DNA from: Lysobacterales bacterium
Lineage (GTDB): Bacteria > Pseudomonadota > Gammaproteobacteria > Xanthomonadales > SZUA-38
DNA: 64,000 bases
Assembly: GCA_030065125.1 (NCBI GenBank)
Contig: JASJDM010000030.1
Coordinates: 10,039 to 74,038, forward strand
Direction: 5' to 3'
Below, piece after piece: positions 32,602-40,712 of the stretch; position 1 is the stretch's first letter; each line of letters starts with the position of its first letter. The notes beneath the pieces are model-generated. The model was not told the DNA's origin. It saw nothing but the letters and a program-made list of their open reading frames with translations, and ran no database searches. A program made the translations under genes and the position numbers.

Positions 32602-32800
32602 TCCGGCTTGAACCGGCCGACCCGTCACTGCCGCGATAAAGTCAGGCGCCGGTCTGTCTAGCCCCGTAAGAGCCAGAGTTTCGCCCGCACCTTGTCGGCA
32701 ACAACCCCTCGGGGTCGTGATCGTGGACGAAACACGGGGAAACCATCTCAACCGGCACATGGGCATAGTGTATTCACGCCGCTTGAGGTAGGTTTTCAGC

Positions 32801-34045
32801 ATGGAAACCACAACTCCCGATATCCTGGTCAACCTGCCCCGGGCTGCAGAGCTGATGGCACGCCGCGGTGTGGACGGGCTGGTGGCCCGGCTACCCTACA
32901 ACGTGTACTACCTCAGTGGTTACTGGGGCCTGCTGATGAATGCGGCTCATTTCGACGCCGCGTTCTTTGCCGTGTTGCCGGCGCGGCCGGATCAGCCCGC
33001 GGCCCTGGTGATGCCCAGCATGGAACTGCGACGCCTGGTGACCCAGGGCGGGACCTGGATGCCGGAGACGTTTATCTACTCCAGCCCCGAGGACGAGCAG
33101 GACCAGATCTCTATTGACGGCAAACCTTATGGCGGATGGCCCGTGCGGCAAGATGCCGAGCTGACCAGGCTGGAGCAGCGCTGGATCGAGGCCACCCGCG
33201 AACAGGCTGGCCGGGTGGCGGGCAATGCCCGGGGTGCGCTGGTGCGAGCGGTCCGCGGCGCCGGTCTGGAGGGTGGGCAACTGGTCAGTGATGACGCACG
33301 GATAGGCCCGTGGCTGGACTCTGCCGGGGTGCGCGCGGACTGTCACACCGATCCCGAGCTGTTCAATCACATCCGCCTGGTGAAGACTCCGGCAGAGTTG
33401 CACCTGATGCGCACGGCTGCCCGGATCAACGAAGAGTCAGCCCGGGAAGCGGCTGCAGCCTTTCGCGAGGGTGCCCACTGGGCGGAAATTGAGAGCGTCT
33501 ACTTTGCGGCCATGGCCCGGCGCGGCGGCCGGGGCAGCTACCTCATGTGTGGGGCAGGTGGCCCGCCGGCCGGGGTCATCCGCCAGAGCGAGCCCATGTT
33601 TATCGATGCCCTGGGCACCTGGCAGCAATATCACGGTGACTTTGGGCGATGCGTGGTGGTAGGGGAGCCCAGCGACCTGATGCGCCAGCGCCACGCCGCC
33701 CTGGTGGCTGGATGGGAAGCGGCACAGCCACTGCTGAAACCCGGCGTCCAGTTCAGTGAAGTGGCTGAAGCCGCGGTGCATGCTGTGCGGCGCAGCGGAT
33801 TGCCCGAATTCGTTTACGCCACACCCCACGCCGTGGGCCTTGAACACTCCGAAGATCCACGCCCTCCGGGCAGTCAGCAGGGCCTGCGCCAGGACCTGCA
33901 GCTGGAAGCCGGCATGGTCCTTAACATCGATATGCCATTCACCGAGATCGGCTGGGGCTCGGTGCACATCGAAGACACCGTTCACATCACCCCGGATGGA
34001 TTCGAAACCCTGACCAGCGCCGATCTCGACATCATCTGCGTTTGA
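32801..34045 (+). CDS. M24B (Xaa-Pro peptidase/creatinase-like) family protein
   Basis: Creatinase N-domain (NVYYLSGY), IRLVKTPAELHLMR, FIDALG..YHGDFGR, PHAVGLEH, NIDMP, HIEDTVHIT. Confidence 0.85.
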   Translation: METTTPDILVNLPRAAELMARRGVDGLVARLPYNVYYLSGYWGLLMNAAHFDAAFFAVLPARPDQPAALVMPSMELRRLVTQGGTWMPETFIYSSPEDEQDQISIDGKPYGGWPVRQDAELTRLEQRWIEATREQAGRVAGNARGALVRAVRGAGLEGGQLVSDDARIGPWLDSAGVRADCHTDPELFNHIRLVKTPAELHLMRTAARINEESAREAAAAFREGAHWAEIESVYFAAMARRGGRGSYLMCGAGGPPAGVIRQSEPMFIDALGTWQQYHGDFGRCVVVGEPSDLMRQRHAALVAGWEAAQPLLKPGVQFSEVAEAAVHAVRRSGLPEFVYATPHAVGLEHSEDPRPPGSQQGLRQDLQLEAGMVLNIDMPFTEIGWGSVHIEDTVHITPDGFETLTSADLDIICV

Positions 34046-34063
34046 GCGTGACGAGCCGGTGTC

Positions 34064-34852
34064 TCAGAACCGCAGGGACATGCATGACAGTCCGCCATCC
34101 AGCCGGGCTGCCTCGGAATTCGGGACTTGCTCGATGGGCAGGGCCAGGGCGTCCAGGGCCTCGGCCGTCTGGCCGTAGCCCTCGGCCATGATTATCGTGT
34201 CGTTGACACGCAAGGCGTTGGCGGCGGCGTCCTCGCCCTCGGCAACCTGGATCACCAGGTACTCTTCGAACAGGCCGGACGCCACCAGCCTGGGGGTGCT
34301 CAAAACAATCCCGCAGCCCAGGGACGCACAGTCTGATTTCAGGTGCAGAACGCTGCCGGGCGAGTGGGTGATACGGGTGGGATAACCCCAATGCTCAAGG
34401 ATGGTCTTCAGGCTCGATGCGCCCGCGGCGCTGGTGCGAGACGATACACCGATAAGGACCTCCCGCTCGGTTACCAGAACGTCGCCGCCATCGACCTGGC
34501 CGTCCGGCGGCAGGAATCGCACTTCTCCATCAAAGTGCTGCTGCAACACGGGCTCAATGGCTGCGGTTTCACCGCGTCGGCTGGGCGCTCCGGGCCGCAG
34601 CACGACAGCTCCCTCGGGCAGGCACAGGGCGGTGTCCTCGACGAACACGGAATCGGGAAAGTCCTCGTCGGGTGGCAGTACGGTGACGTCGACGCCGGCC
34701 CGCACCAGGACGTCCAGGTAGACCCGGTGCTGGTTGCGGAATCGGTCGGGGTCGGGTGCTCCCGATTCCTGGTTCCGCAACCCATCAACGCAGCTGTCGC
34801 CGGGGGTTCGGGCAATGGCCCGGGTGAAACGGTAGCAGCTCTGGCCGTCCAC
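34064..34852 (-). CDS. Dimethylarginine dimethylaminohydrolase (DDAH, amidinotransferase superfamily)
   Basis: FPDSVFVEDTA, PGAPSRRGE, DGGDVL, LHLKS, AANALRVND, DGGLSCMSLRF (catalytic Cys). Confidence 0.9.
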   Translation of the reverse strand: MDGQSCYRFTRAIARTPGDSCVDGLRNQESGAPDPDRFRNQHRVYLDVLVRAGVDVTVLPPDEDFPDSVFVEDTALCLPEGAVVLRPGAPSRRGETAAIEPVLQQHFDGEVRFLPPDGQVDGGDVLVTEREVLIGVSSRTSAAGASSLKTILEHWGYPTRITHSPGSVLHLKSDCASLGCGIVLSTPRLVASGLFEEYLVIQVAEGEDAAANALRVNDTIIMAEGYGQTAEALDALALPIEQVPNSEAARLDGGLSCMSLRF

Positions 34853-35673
34853 TAGCCCTCGCGACGCTCGAACGCATCGGCGTAGCGGTGGATGCCCCGG
34901 GTTCCCACCTTGTCGCCATTCTCAAATTCAGGGATGCGGGCCGTGACCTCCAGCATGGCCTGGCCAATCTGGGTGGCCTTGACCGCGGCGCCCACCGGGG
35001 CGAAGAAACCGTACAGCAGGGTCTGGCCCAGGTGGGCTTGTTCGCTGGTGGGACCGATGTAATCGGGCCGATAGGCGATCACCTTGAGCCGGTTGCTGCT
35101 GGCGAACTCAAACAGCGCATTTTCCGCCGCCACTTTTTCCCGGGCCCACATCCAGCGGGAGTCCGCTGAGATATCGCTGGAACTGATGTAGTGGAAGCTC
35201 ACGGTTTCTCTGGTGCTGATTTCCATCCACTCAACAACGAACCGGAGGGGAAAATCCAGGTGGATTCTGCGATAGGCGGGCTGGTCCATGCCGGCGGAGC
35301 TGGCGCCGATAGCCCAGTACACCGCGTCCGCCTGGGCCACCTGGGGCAGCACGGCGGCGTAATCCAGGTAGTCCATGTGTGAGGTGACCTGAACCTTGCC
35401 GGCGGCAACACCCTGTTCCATGCGTGGTGTGACCCGGCGCGTGATCACCTGGATGGTCTGCACGGCGGGATCCGCCATGGCCGCTTTGAGGATACCGTCG
35501 CCGGCGGTGCCGCTGGCGCCAAAGATAGCAACGGTCTGCCGTGGCGACAGGGGGCCGGCAAAGTCATCGACGTTGTCATTGCTGGTGGCCACCATGACCA
35601 CGCTGACCAGGTAGAACGCCACAAACAGCCCCACTGGCACCAGCAGCAGGGTTCTCAGTCGGGGAAATTTCAT
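34852..35673 (-). CDS. Membrane-anchored atypical SDR / NAD(P)-binding protein (TIP30/YraR-like)
   Basis: N-terminal TM, IFGASGTAGDG, ITRR, YWAIG, WAREKVAAE, YRPDYI, IGQAML. Confidence 0.75.
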   Translation of the reverse strand: MKFPRLRTLLLVPVGLFVAFYLVSVVMVATSNDNVDDFAGPLSPRQTVAIFGASGTAGDGILKAAMADPAVQTIQVITRRVTPRMEQGVAAGKVQVTSHMDYLDYAAVLPQVAQADAVYWAIGASSAGMDQPAYRRIHLDFPLRFVVEWMEISTRETVSFHYISSSDISADSRWMWAREKVAAENALFEFASSNRLKVIAYRPDYIGPTSEQAHLGQTLLYGFFAPVGAAVKATQIGQAMLEVTARIPEFENGDKVGTRGIHRYADAFERREG

Positions 35674-35735
35674 AGGCCGCTGATGTTAGCAGTTCTTTGC
35701 TGGTAGCCTTGGCCCTTTAGTCACGGGGACCGGCC

Positions 35736-36587
35736 ATGCTGATCGAGACTGCGGAACTGGAAGCCCGGTTGGGTGAAGCAGCCCTGCGCATCATCGACTG
35801 CAACATGGTGTTCCAGCCAAGACCGGACGGCGGCTATGAGTTCGAGTCCGGCCAGTCCCAGTGGCGGGATGGGCACATCCCGGGGTCGGTGTACCTGGAT
35901 TTTGAGCGGCACCTGTCGGCGCCCCATCCCACCCTGCGATTTATGATGCCGTCCGCTGAGCGGTTTGCGCGAATCCTTGGTGAGCACGGCATCGGCGATG
36001 ATCACCAGGTCGTGGTGTATTCCCGGGGCGGCAACTTCTGGGCCACGCGGCTGTACCTGATGTTCCGGGAGTACGGATGCGACCGGGTGTCGGTGCTGAA
36101 CGGCGGCTGGGACCGCTGGCAAGCTGAAGGCCGCGTGGTGTCACAGGCGGCTCCGGATTGGCCGCCGGCAGTCTTTTCCCCCGGGCCGCCCCGCGGACTG
36201 TTCGTCAACCGCGACGCGGTAGCGGCCGCCATGGATGATCCGGACACCTGCCTGATCAACGCGCTTTCCCCGGAACTGCACAGCGGCGCGAAATTCAACC
36301 CGGCCTACGGCCGTCGCGGACACATCCCCGGCAGCTGCAACCTGTATTGCATGGAGTTGATAGACCCGGACACCAGGCGCTTCCTGGATCGGGATCAGCT
36401 GGCCGATCGCTTTGGCCCGTCCCGTGCCCTGCAGGCCGCGCGTGTCATCACCTATTGCGGCGGCGGCATCTCCGCCACCACCGACGCCTTTGCCCTGCTG
36501 CTGCTGGGTCACCCCCAGGTTCATGTGTACGACGGTTCGCTGACGGATTGGGGTAATCACCCTGACTTGCCCATGGCAACGGATTGA
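35736..36587 (+). CDS. Two-domain rhodanese / sulfurtransferase (SseA-like)
   Basis: GHIPGSVYLD, VLNGGWDRW, GHIPGSCN, active loop YCGGGISA, VYDGSLTDW. Confidence 0.92.
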   Translation: MLIETAELEARLGEAALRIIDCNMVFQPRPDGGYEFESGQSQWRDGHIPGSVYLDFERHLSAPHPTLRFMMPSAERFARILGEHGIGDDHQVVVYSRGGNFWATRLYLMFREYGCDRVSVLNGGWDRWQAEGRVVSQAAPDWPPAVFSPGPPRGLFVNRDAVAAAMDDPDTCLINALSPELHSGAKFNPAYGRRGHIPGSCNLYCMELIDPDTRRFLDRDQLADRFGPSRALQAARVITYCGGGISATTDAFALLLLGHPQVHVYDGSLTDWGNHPDLPMATD

Positions 36588-36688
36588 CCAAAAGCGCCTG
36601 ATTCGAACACGCAAACCGAAATTTGACCAACCTTTTCTTAACCCGCTGGTAATAACCAGTAACAACGCACTTACTGGGATCGAGCAAC

Positions 36689-36895
36689 GTGAAAAACATC
36701 AACACCATCATGAGCGTTATCGTCGGAATCGTCGCCAGCGTCTATGACCTGTGGATGGTTTACACGGGCCAACTGCCTGCCATCACCTTGCTGGCCCTGG
36801 TGGGCTGGATGGCGCTGCTGCTGGCGGTGTGTGCCAAATCGAGCCGGAAGCCGGGATCCGGCCACGCGCCCCGGCCACTAACCGTAGTCGCCTGA
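36689..36895 (+). CDS. Small two-TM membrane protein
   Basis: GTG start, two hydrophobic helices and a basic tail; fills the gap before a convergent gene. Confidence 0.45.
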   Translation: MKNINTIMSVIVGIVASVYDLWMVYTGQLPAITLLALVGWMALLLAVCAKSSRKPGSGHAPRPLTVVA

Positions 36896-36903
36896 AGGGA
36901 GCG

Positions 36904-38220
36904 TCAGTCCTCAAAGCTGTCTGAAAAGACGGCCTCATTGACGTAGACGTAGGCGCGGCCTGCGTCGTCATCCACGCCGTCGTCCAGTTGGGCGCCAGCG
37001 ACAACCAGCCCGCCGTGGATGGCTACCCTGCGCCCGTAGCTGTTGTTGCCGTCCACGTCGTCCGTGAGGCGCTGGGTTTCGGTAATGATTCCCTGCCAGC
37101 CGCCCGCCGGCCGGGTAAACACGTAAACCGATTCACGGGCGTCGGTTCCATCCTTGTCGGTGGCGGCGACAACGGTGTTGCCGTCCATGGCCACCTTGAA
37201 GCCCAGTTTTTCGCTGGAAACAGGATCGCTGGAGAGCAATTGTGCGGATTCGAACAGCGCGCCAGACCAGCCCCCTGGTGGCTCTTCAAAGATGTAAACG
37301 GCACCACCGTTTCCGGTATTCGACCCCTCCGGCTCCCAACCGCTGGCGCCGAGTGCTACGGTGGCGCCACTGATGGCGACGCCCCTCCCAAGATAGTCCA
37401 ATCGACGGCCGTCGCTGGCGAACAGTTCTGCCGTTTCGGTCAGGGTTCCGCTCCAGCCAGACTCCGGCTTGACGAAAACCATGCCTCGGCCCTGGTCGTC
37501 GTTGTCACCGACGATACCCAGGTGCAGGCCGGAGACGACAACATCCCCATCGATATCGACGCTCCAGCCCAGGTAGCCGTTATTGCCCGGATCGAAGCTC
37601 GGGATCAGCTTGGCGTCTTCTTCCAGGATGCCGTTCCAGCCGCCCAAAGGTTCTTCGAAAACGTAAAGTGCCCCGGCTTGGCCACCGGCTTCGTCCTCGC
37701 CGTAGGCGCCGACGACAATCGTGCCGTTGTCGATGGCCACGCTGTGCCCGAACTCATCGCGGGAACCCCGATTGCTGGCGCGAAGCTGTGCCGACTCTGC
37801 AATCAGCCCGGCCCAGCCGCCTTCGGGTTCCTCGTATACATAGGCTCGGCCAAGGTAGTTGCTGGTGTAGGCTTTGCTGGCGCCAACCACAATGGTGTCG
37901 CCATCAATGGCCACGGAATAACCCAGCCAGTCATTGACGGTTCCATCAGAGACCACCAGCTTGGCGATTTCGCTCAGGGTTCCTGATTGACCTTCAACTC
38001 GGAAAACATACGCCGCCCCGGAGTTGGAGTCGTTGACGTCCCCTTTGTACGCACCCACCACCACCAGGTTGCCCTGCACGGCCACGGAAGATCCGAATTC
38101 ATCACCGGCCACGCCATCGCTGGCCGAAAGCTGGTGCAGCTCGGTCAGGTCGACGGTCTGGGCAGCGAGGGGCTGTCCTCCCAGGGACAGAATCATCAGG
38201 CCGATCAAAATGGTTCTCAT
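36904..38220 (-). CDS. Secreted FG-GAP repeat beta-propeller protein with C-terminal VFSDSFED motif
   Basis: Signal MRTILIGLMILSLGGQPLAA; seven repeats of type FGSSVAVQGNLVVVGA...GAAYVF; ends YVYVNEAVFSDSFED*. ATG 38220 overlaps the upstream stop (ATGA). Confidence 0.9.
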   Translation of the reverse strand: MRTILIGLMILSLGGQPLAAQTVDLTELHQLSASDGVAGDEFGSSVAVQGNLVVVGAYKGDVNDSNSGAAYVFRVEGQSGTLSEIAKLVVSDGTVNDWLGYSVAIDGDTIVVGASKAYTSNYLGRAYVYEEPEGGWAGLIAESAQLRASNRGSRDEFGHSVAIDNGTIVVGAYGEDEAGGQAGALYVFEEPLGGWNGILEEDAKLIPSFDPGNNGYLGWSVDIDGDVVVSGLHLGIVGDNDDQGRGMVFVKPESGWSGTLTETAELFASDGRRLDYLGRGVAISGATVALGASGWEPEGSNTGNGGAVYIFEEPPGGWSGALFESAQLLSSDPVSSEKLGFKVAMDGNTVVAATDKDGTDARESVYVFTRPAGGWQGIITETQRLTDDVDGNNSYGRRVAIHGGLVVAGAQLDDGVDDDAGRAYVYVNEAVFSDSFED

Positions 38221-38645
38221 TGCATTTTTCCTTTGGGTTTGACGGGTGCGCCAGGCCCGGAGGTGTCGCGCGCATTGGAGTTCCAGCACCATCGATTGTT
38301 GTGGGGATTGGGGTCTGAGGGGTCCTGGTCGCCCAGGCGAAGTACGCCTACATCCACACAGAATGGGGTCTGTGCTGTCTCTGGGCGGCACAGCAGCAGC
38401 AGGACGGATCCGCCAGCAGCCAGGGGAGCGGACAGCCGCCGCTGAAATGTCGGAGCAGCCTCGGGTTTGCCGGCGCGGACCGAAATGGCCCAGGCGTCGC
38501 TGGTACCCTGGTTGGCCACGTCAAGCAACACCTGGCGCCGGCAGGATTCTCCCGAGAGATCAACCCACGGACGTTCTTCCAGGCGCAGGTCCGGGCCGGT
38601 TTGCAGGACCGCCAGCAGTGGCAGTATCAGGGACAGCTGATTCAT
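38217..38645 (-). CDS. Small secreted CARDB/DUF11-like Ig-fold protein with four Cys
   Basis: PDLRL...VANQGTSDA...LAAGGS...DPNPHNN are CARDB/DUF11-like motifs; coupled to the FG-GAP gene. Confidence 0.6.
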   Translation of the reverse strand: MNQLSLILPLLAVLQTGPDLRLEERPWVDLSGESCRRQVLLDVANQGTSDAWAISVRAGKPEAAPTFQRRLSAPLAAGGSVLLLLCRPETAQTPFCVDVGVLRLGDQDPSDPNPHNNRWCWNSNARDTSGPGAPVKPKGKMQ

Positions 38646-38676
38646 GCCGCCAGTGTGGCAACGGGCTTATCGGGAT

Positions 38677-38710
38677 GCTTGACGAAACCTTCCCGAAAGC
38701 ATGATGAAAC
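38677..38710 (-). promoter_or_regulatory. Phased direct repeats, candidate winged-helix activator site
   Basis: GCTTGACGAAAC (38677) and GCATGATGAAAC (38699) lie 22 bp apart, with a degenerate TCCCGAAAG between them (11-bp period), just upstream of the -35 position of a weak CACACT -10 (38652-38657). Confidence 0.5.
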
Positions 38711-38713
38711 GCT

Positions 38714-40495
38714 TCAGGAAGGGTCGAAAGCCCTCAATTCGGGGTCATTTCTGACGCAGGGGGTGCAATTGAAGCCGCGCTGCCGGGCCAGCTGCAGGGC
38801 GGTTCGGGCATGGTCCATCCGGCCCGCCCTGGCCAGCAGCTGGGCCAGTTTGAAGTCCATTTCACCGTCCATGGCGTCGGCGGCATTACGACGGGCCAGC
38901 ATCAGGTCGAGCAAGGGCAGGGCCTCTTCAGACCGGTCGCTCAAGATCAACTGCAGCACCCGGCCGAACTGCTCGAAGCGGTCCCGAGGCAGCGGATCCT
39001 GCATTGCGGAAAGGGTCTTTCGGGCCCCGGCGGTGTCACCCTGGCTCATTAGCGCCCAGGCGGTGTAGTAGCGATCCACCGCCGCGCCGCCGGAGGGTGT
39101 CACCGCGAGGAACCGCTGATATTGCCCAAGGTGAAGGAACAGGGTCGGTACCAGGCCGGTTTCCCGCTCCAGAACCAGGGGGTCCAACTCGAGGGCTCGA
39201 TCGATCTGAGCCGCGGCCTCGGTCAGTTCGCCGGTGAAGGTCAGGGCATAAGCCAGTGAGGTCCGGCCCACGGCGCTGTCCGGATGGTCTTCCAGGAAGG
39301 ATCGAGCCAATGTGACGCCATCGTTGGCGCGCCCCATCTCCGTGGCCAGGGACACCTCCAGGAACAGGGTCAGCTCCATGCCTGGATCGATGGCCTTGGC
39401 GCGACCGGCTGCCGCCAGGGCGAGGTTGGCCTCTTCCCGGCCACCTTCGCAGGCCCAGATGGCGTTGTAGTGGCTGTAGCCCAGGGCCACCCAGGCCAGA
39501 CCGAATTCGGGATCGATTTCCACCGCCCGCTCCAGCAGGCTGCGGGCGCCTTCGGCACCGCAATCCAGGGACTGGAGCTGTTCCCGGGCCAGCAGATAAA
39601 GCCGCCACGCATCCGCATTGCCCGTGGTGTCCGCCGCACCAGACATTCCGGCAGCGTTGGCAACCAGGTCTGCCAGCACCCCGTCGCGCACCCGAAGAAA
39701 CTCGGTCAGGCCTGGGTCACTTTCCAGGGCGGGCAGGCTGAACCGGCCCAGCGGGGTGGTGCGTGGTTGGTTTTCGGCAAACTGGATCAGCTCTGCCGAA
39801 AGCTGGTACTCGTTGCTGTCGGCCGGCCGCCCCAGGGTCAGGGACAGGATGGTTTCGGCAGCATTGTCGCGGGCGAATTGCGCCATGGAGGTGTCGCTGC
39901 CCATGTAAGAGGTGGTGGCCGGCGTGCGAACCTGCAGCCCGCCGGCCTCCCGCAGGCGGACCCACAGCATGTCGGTCAGGGTCACCAGCGCCAGGCGGCC
40001 AGCCTCGTCCGCACCCGGTGCCAGTCCCCCCAGCAGCACGATGCGGCCCAGATCGTTGCCTGGTGCATCCGCTGCCGGGCGCCAGTTCAGGCCAATGGCC
40101 ACGATGAGAGCCGCCGCGGCCGCTGCCAGCCAGGGCATCAACCGGCGCGGCGATGACGCCGGATTTGCGGCATCGGCAGGCGCCTCGGAAGTCGTTATGT
40201 CGCCAACAAACTGCAGTCCCCGCCGGGGCACAGTCCGGACGAAGCGGGGGTTGGCGGCGTCGTCGTCCAATGCCTGGCGCAGGGCATACACAAGTCGCGC
40301 CAGGGCGCTGTCGCTGACAAGCTGCGATGGCCACAAATGATCAAACAGTTCCTCCTTGCTGATGACCCGGCTGCGCTCCTCGATCAGCAGGGCCAGCAGC
40401 TCCGCCACCCGGGGCTCGAGCGGAATGGTTTGCCCATTTCGCTCAAGTCGATAGGCGTCCTGGTCGAATATGTACTGGTCGAACCGATAAACCAT
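38714..40495 (-). CDS. CadC/ToxR-like transcriptional regulator: OmpR-type winged helix, TM helix, TPR domain
   Basis: MVYRFDQYIFD...LEPRVAELLALLIEERSRVISKEELFDHLWP...LRQALDD...FVRTVPRRGLQF; TM WLAAAAAALIVAIGLNW; TPRs LERAVEIDPEFGLAW, DRALELDPL. Confidence 0.9.
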   Translation of the reverse strand: MVYRFDQYIFDQDAYRLERNGQTIPLEPRVAELLALLIEERSRVISKEELFDHLWPSQLVSDSALARLVYALRQALDDDAANPRFVRTVPRRGLQFVGDITTSEAPADAANPASSPRRLMPWLAAAAAALIVAIGLNWRPAADAPGNDLGRIVLLGGLAPGADEAGRLALVTLTDMLWVRLREAGGLQVRTPATTSYMGSDTSMAQFARDNAAETILSLTLGRPADSNEYQLSAELIQFAENQPRTTPLGRFSLPALESDPGLTEFLRVRDGVLADLVANAAGMSGAADTTGNADAWRLYLLAREQLQSLDCGAEGARSLLERAVEIDPEFGLAWVALGYSHYNAIWACEGGREEANLALAAAGRAKAIDPGMELTLFLEVSLATEMGRANDGVTLARSFLEDHPDSAVGRTSLAYALTFTGELTEAAAQIDRALELDPLVLERETGLVPTLFLHLGQYQRFLAVTPSGGAAVDRYYTAWALMSQGDTAGARKTLSAMQDPLPRDRFEQFGRVLQLILSDRSEEALPLLDLMLARRNAADAMDGEMDFKLAQLLARAGRMDHARTALQLARQRGFNCTPCVRNDPELRAFDPS

Positions 40496-40712
40496 GAAAG
40501 GAGGGGCCACGCCGTCCGCTGGCCGCAGAAATGTTACCGCTCCACTGCAGCCAGGACCAGCTTGAAATCTACCGTCAACCCGGTGACTTTTGTTTTCAGA
40601 AAAAAGTCCGGATACGGTGTAGACTGCGGCGCCATGCTTTTGCCCTGCACCGCCACAGATCTTCGGTTCAGTGATGTGCTCCTGCCGTTCCACAAACCCC
40701 GGATGCTTCCTT

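Noticed and set aside
32720-32740. GGACGAAAC, resembling a hammerhead ribozyme core
   Set aside because: No CTGANGA partner or consistent stems nearby.
36646-36659. CTGGT-AATA-ACCAG palindrome upstream of the small membrane ORF
   Set aside because: Short (5-bp arms), single occurrence and no cognate regulator nearby; could be chance.
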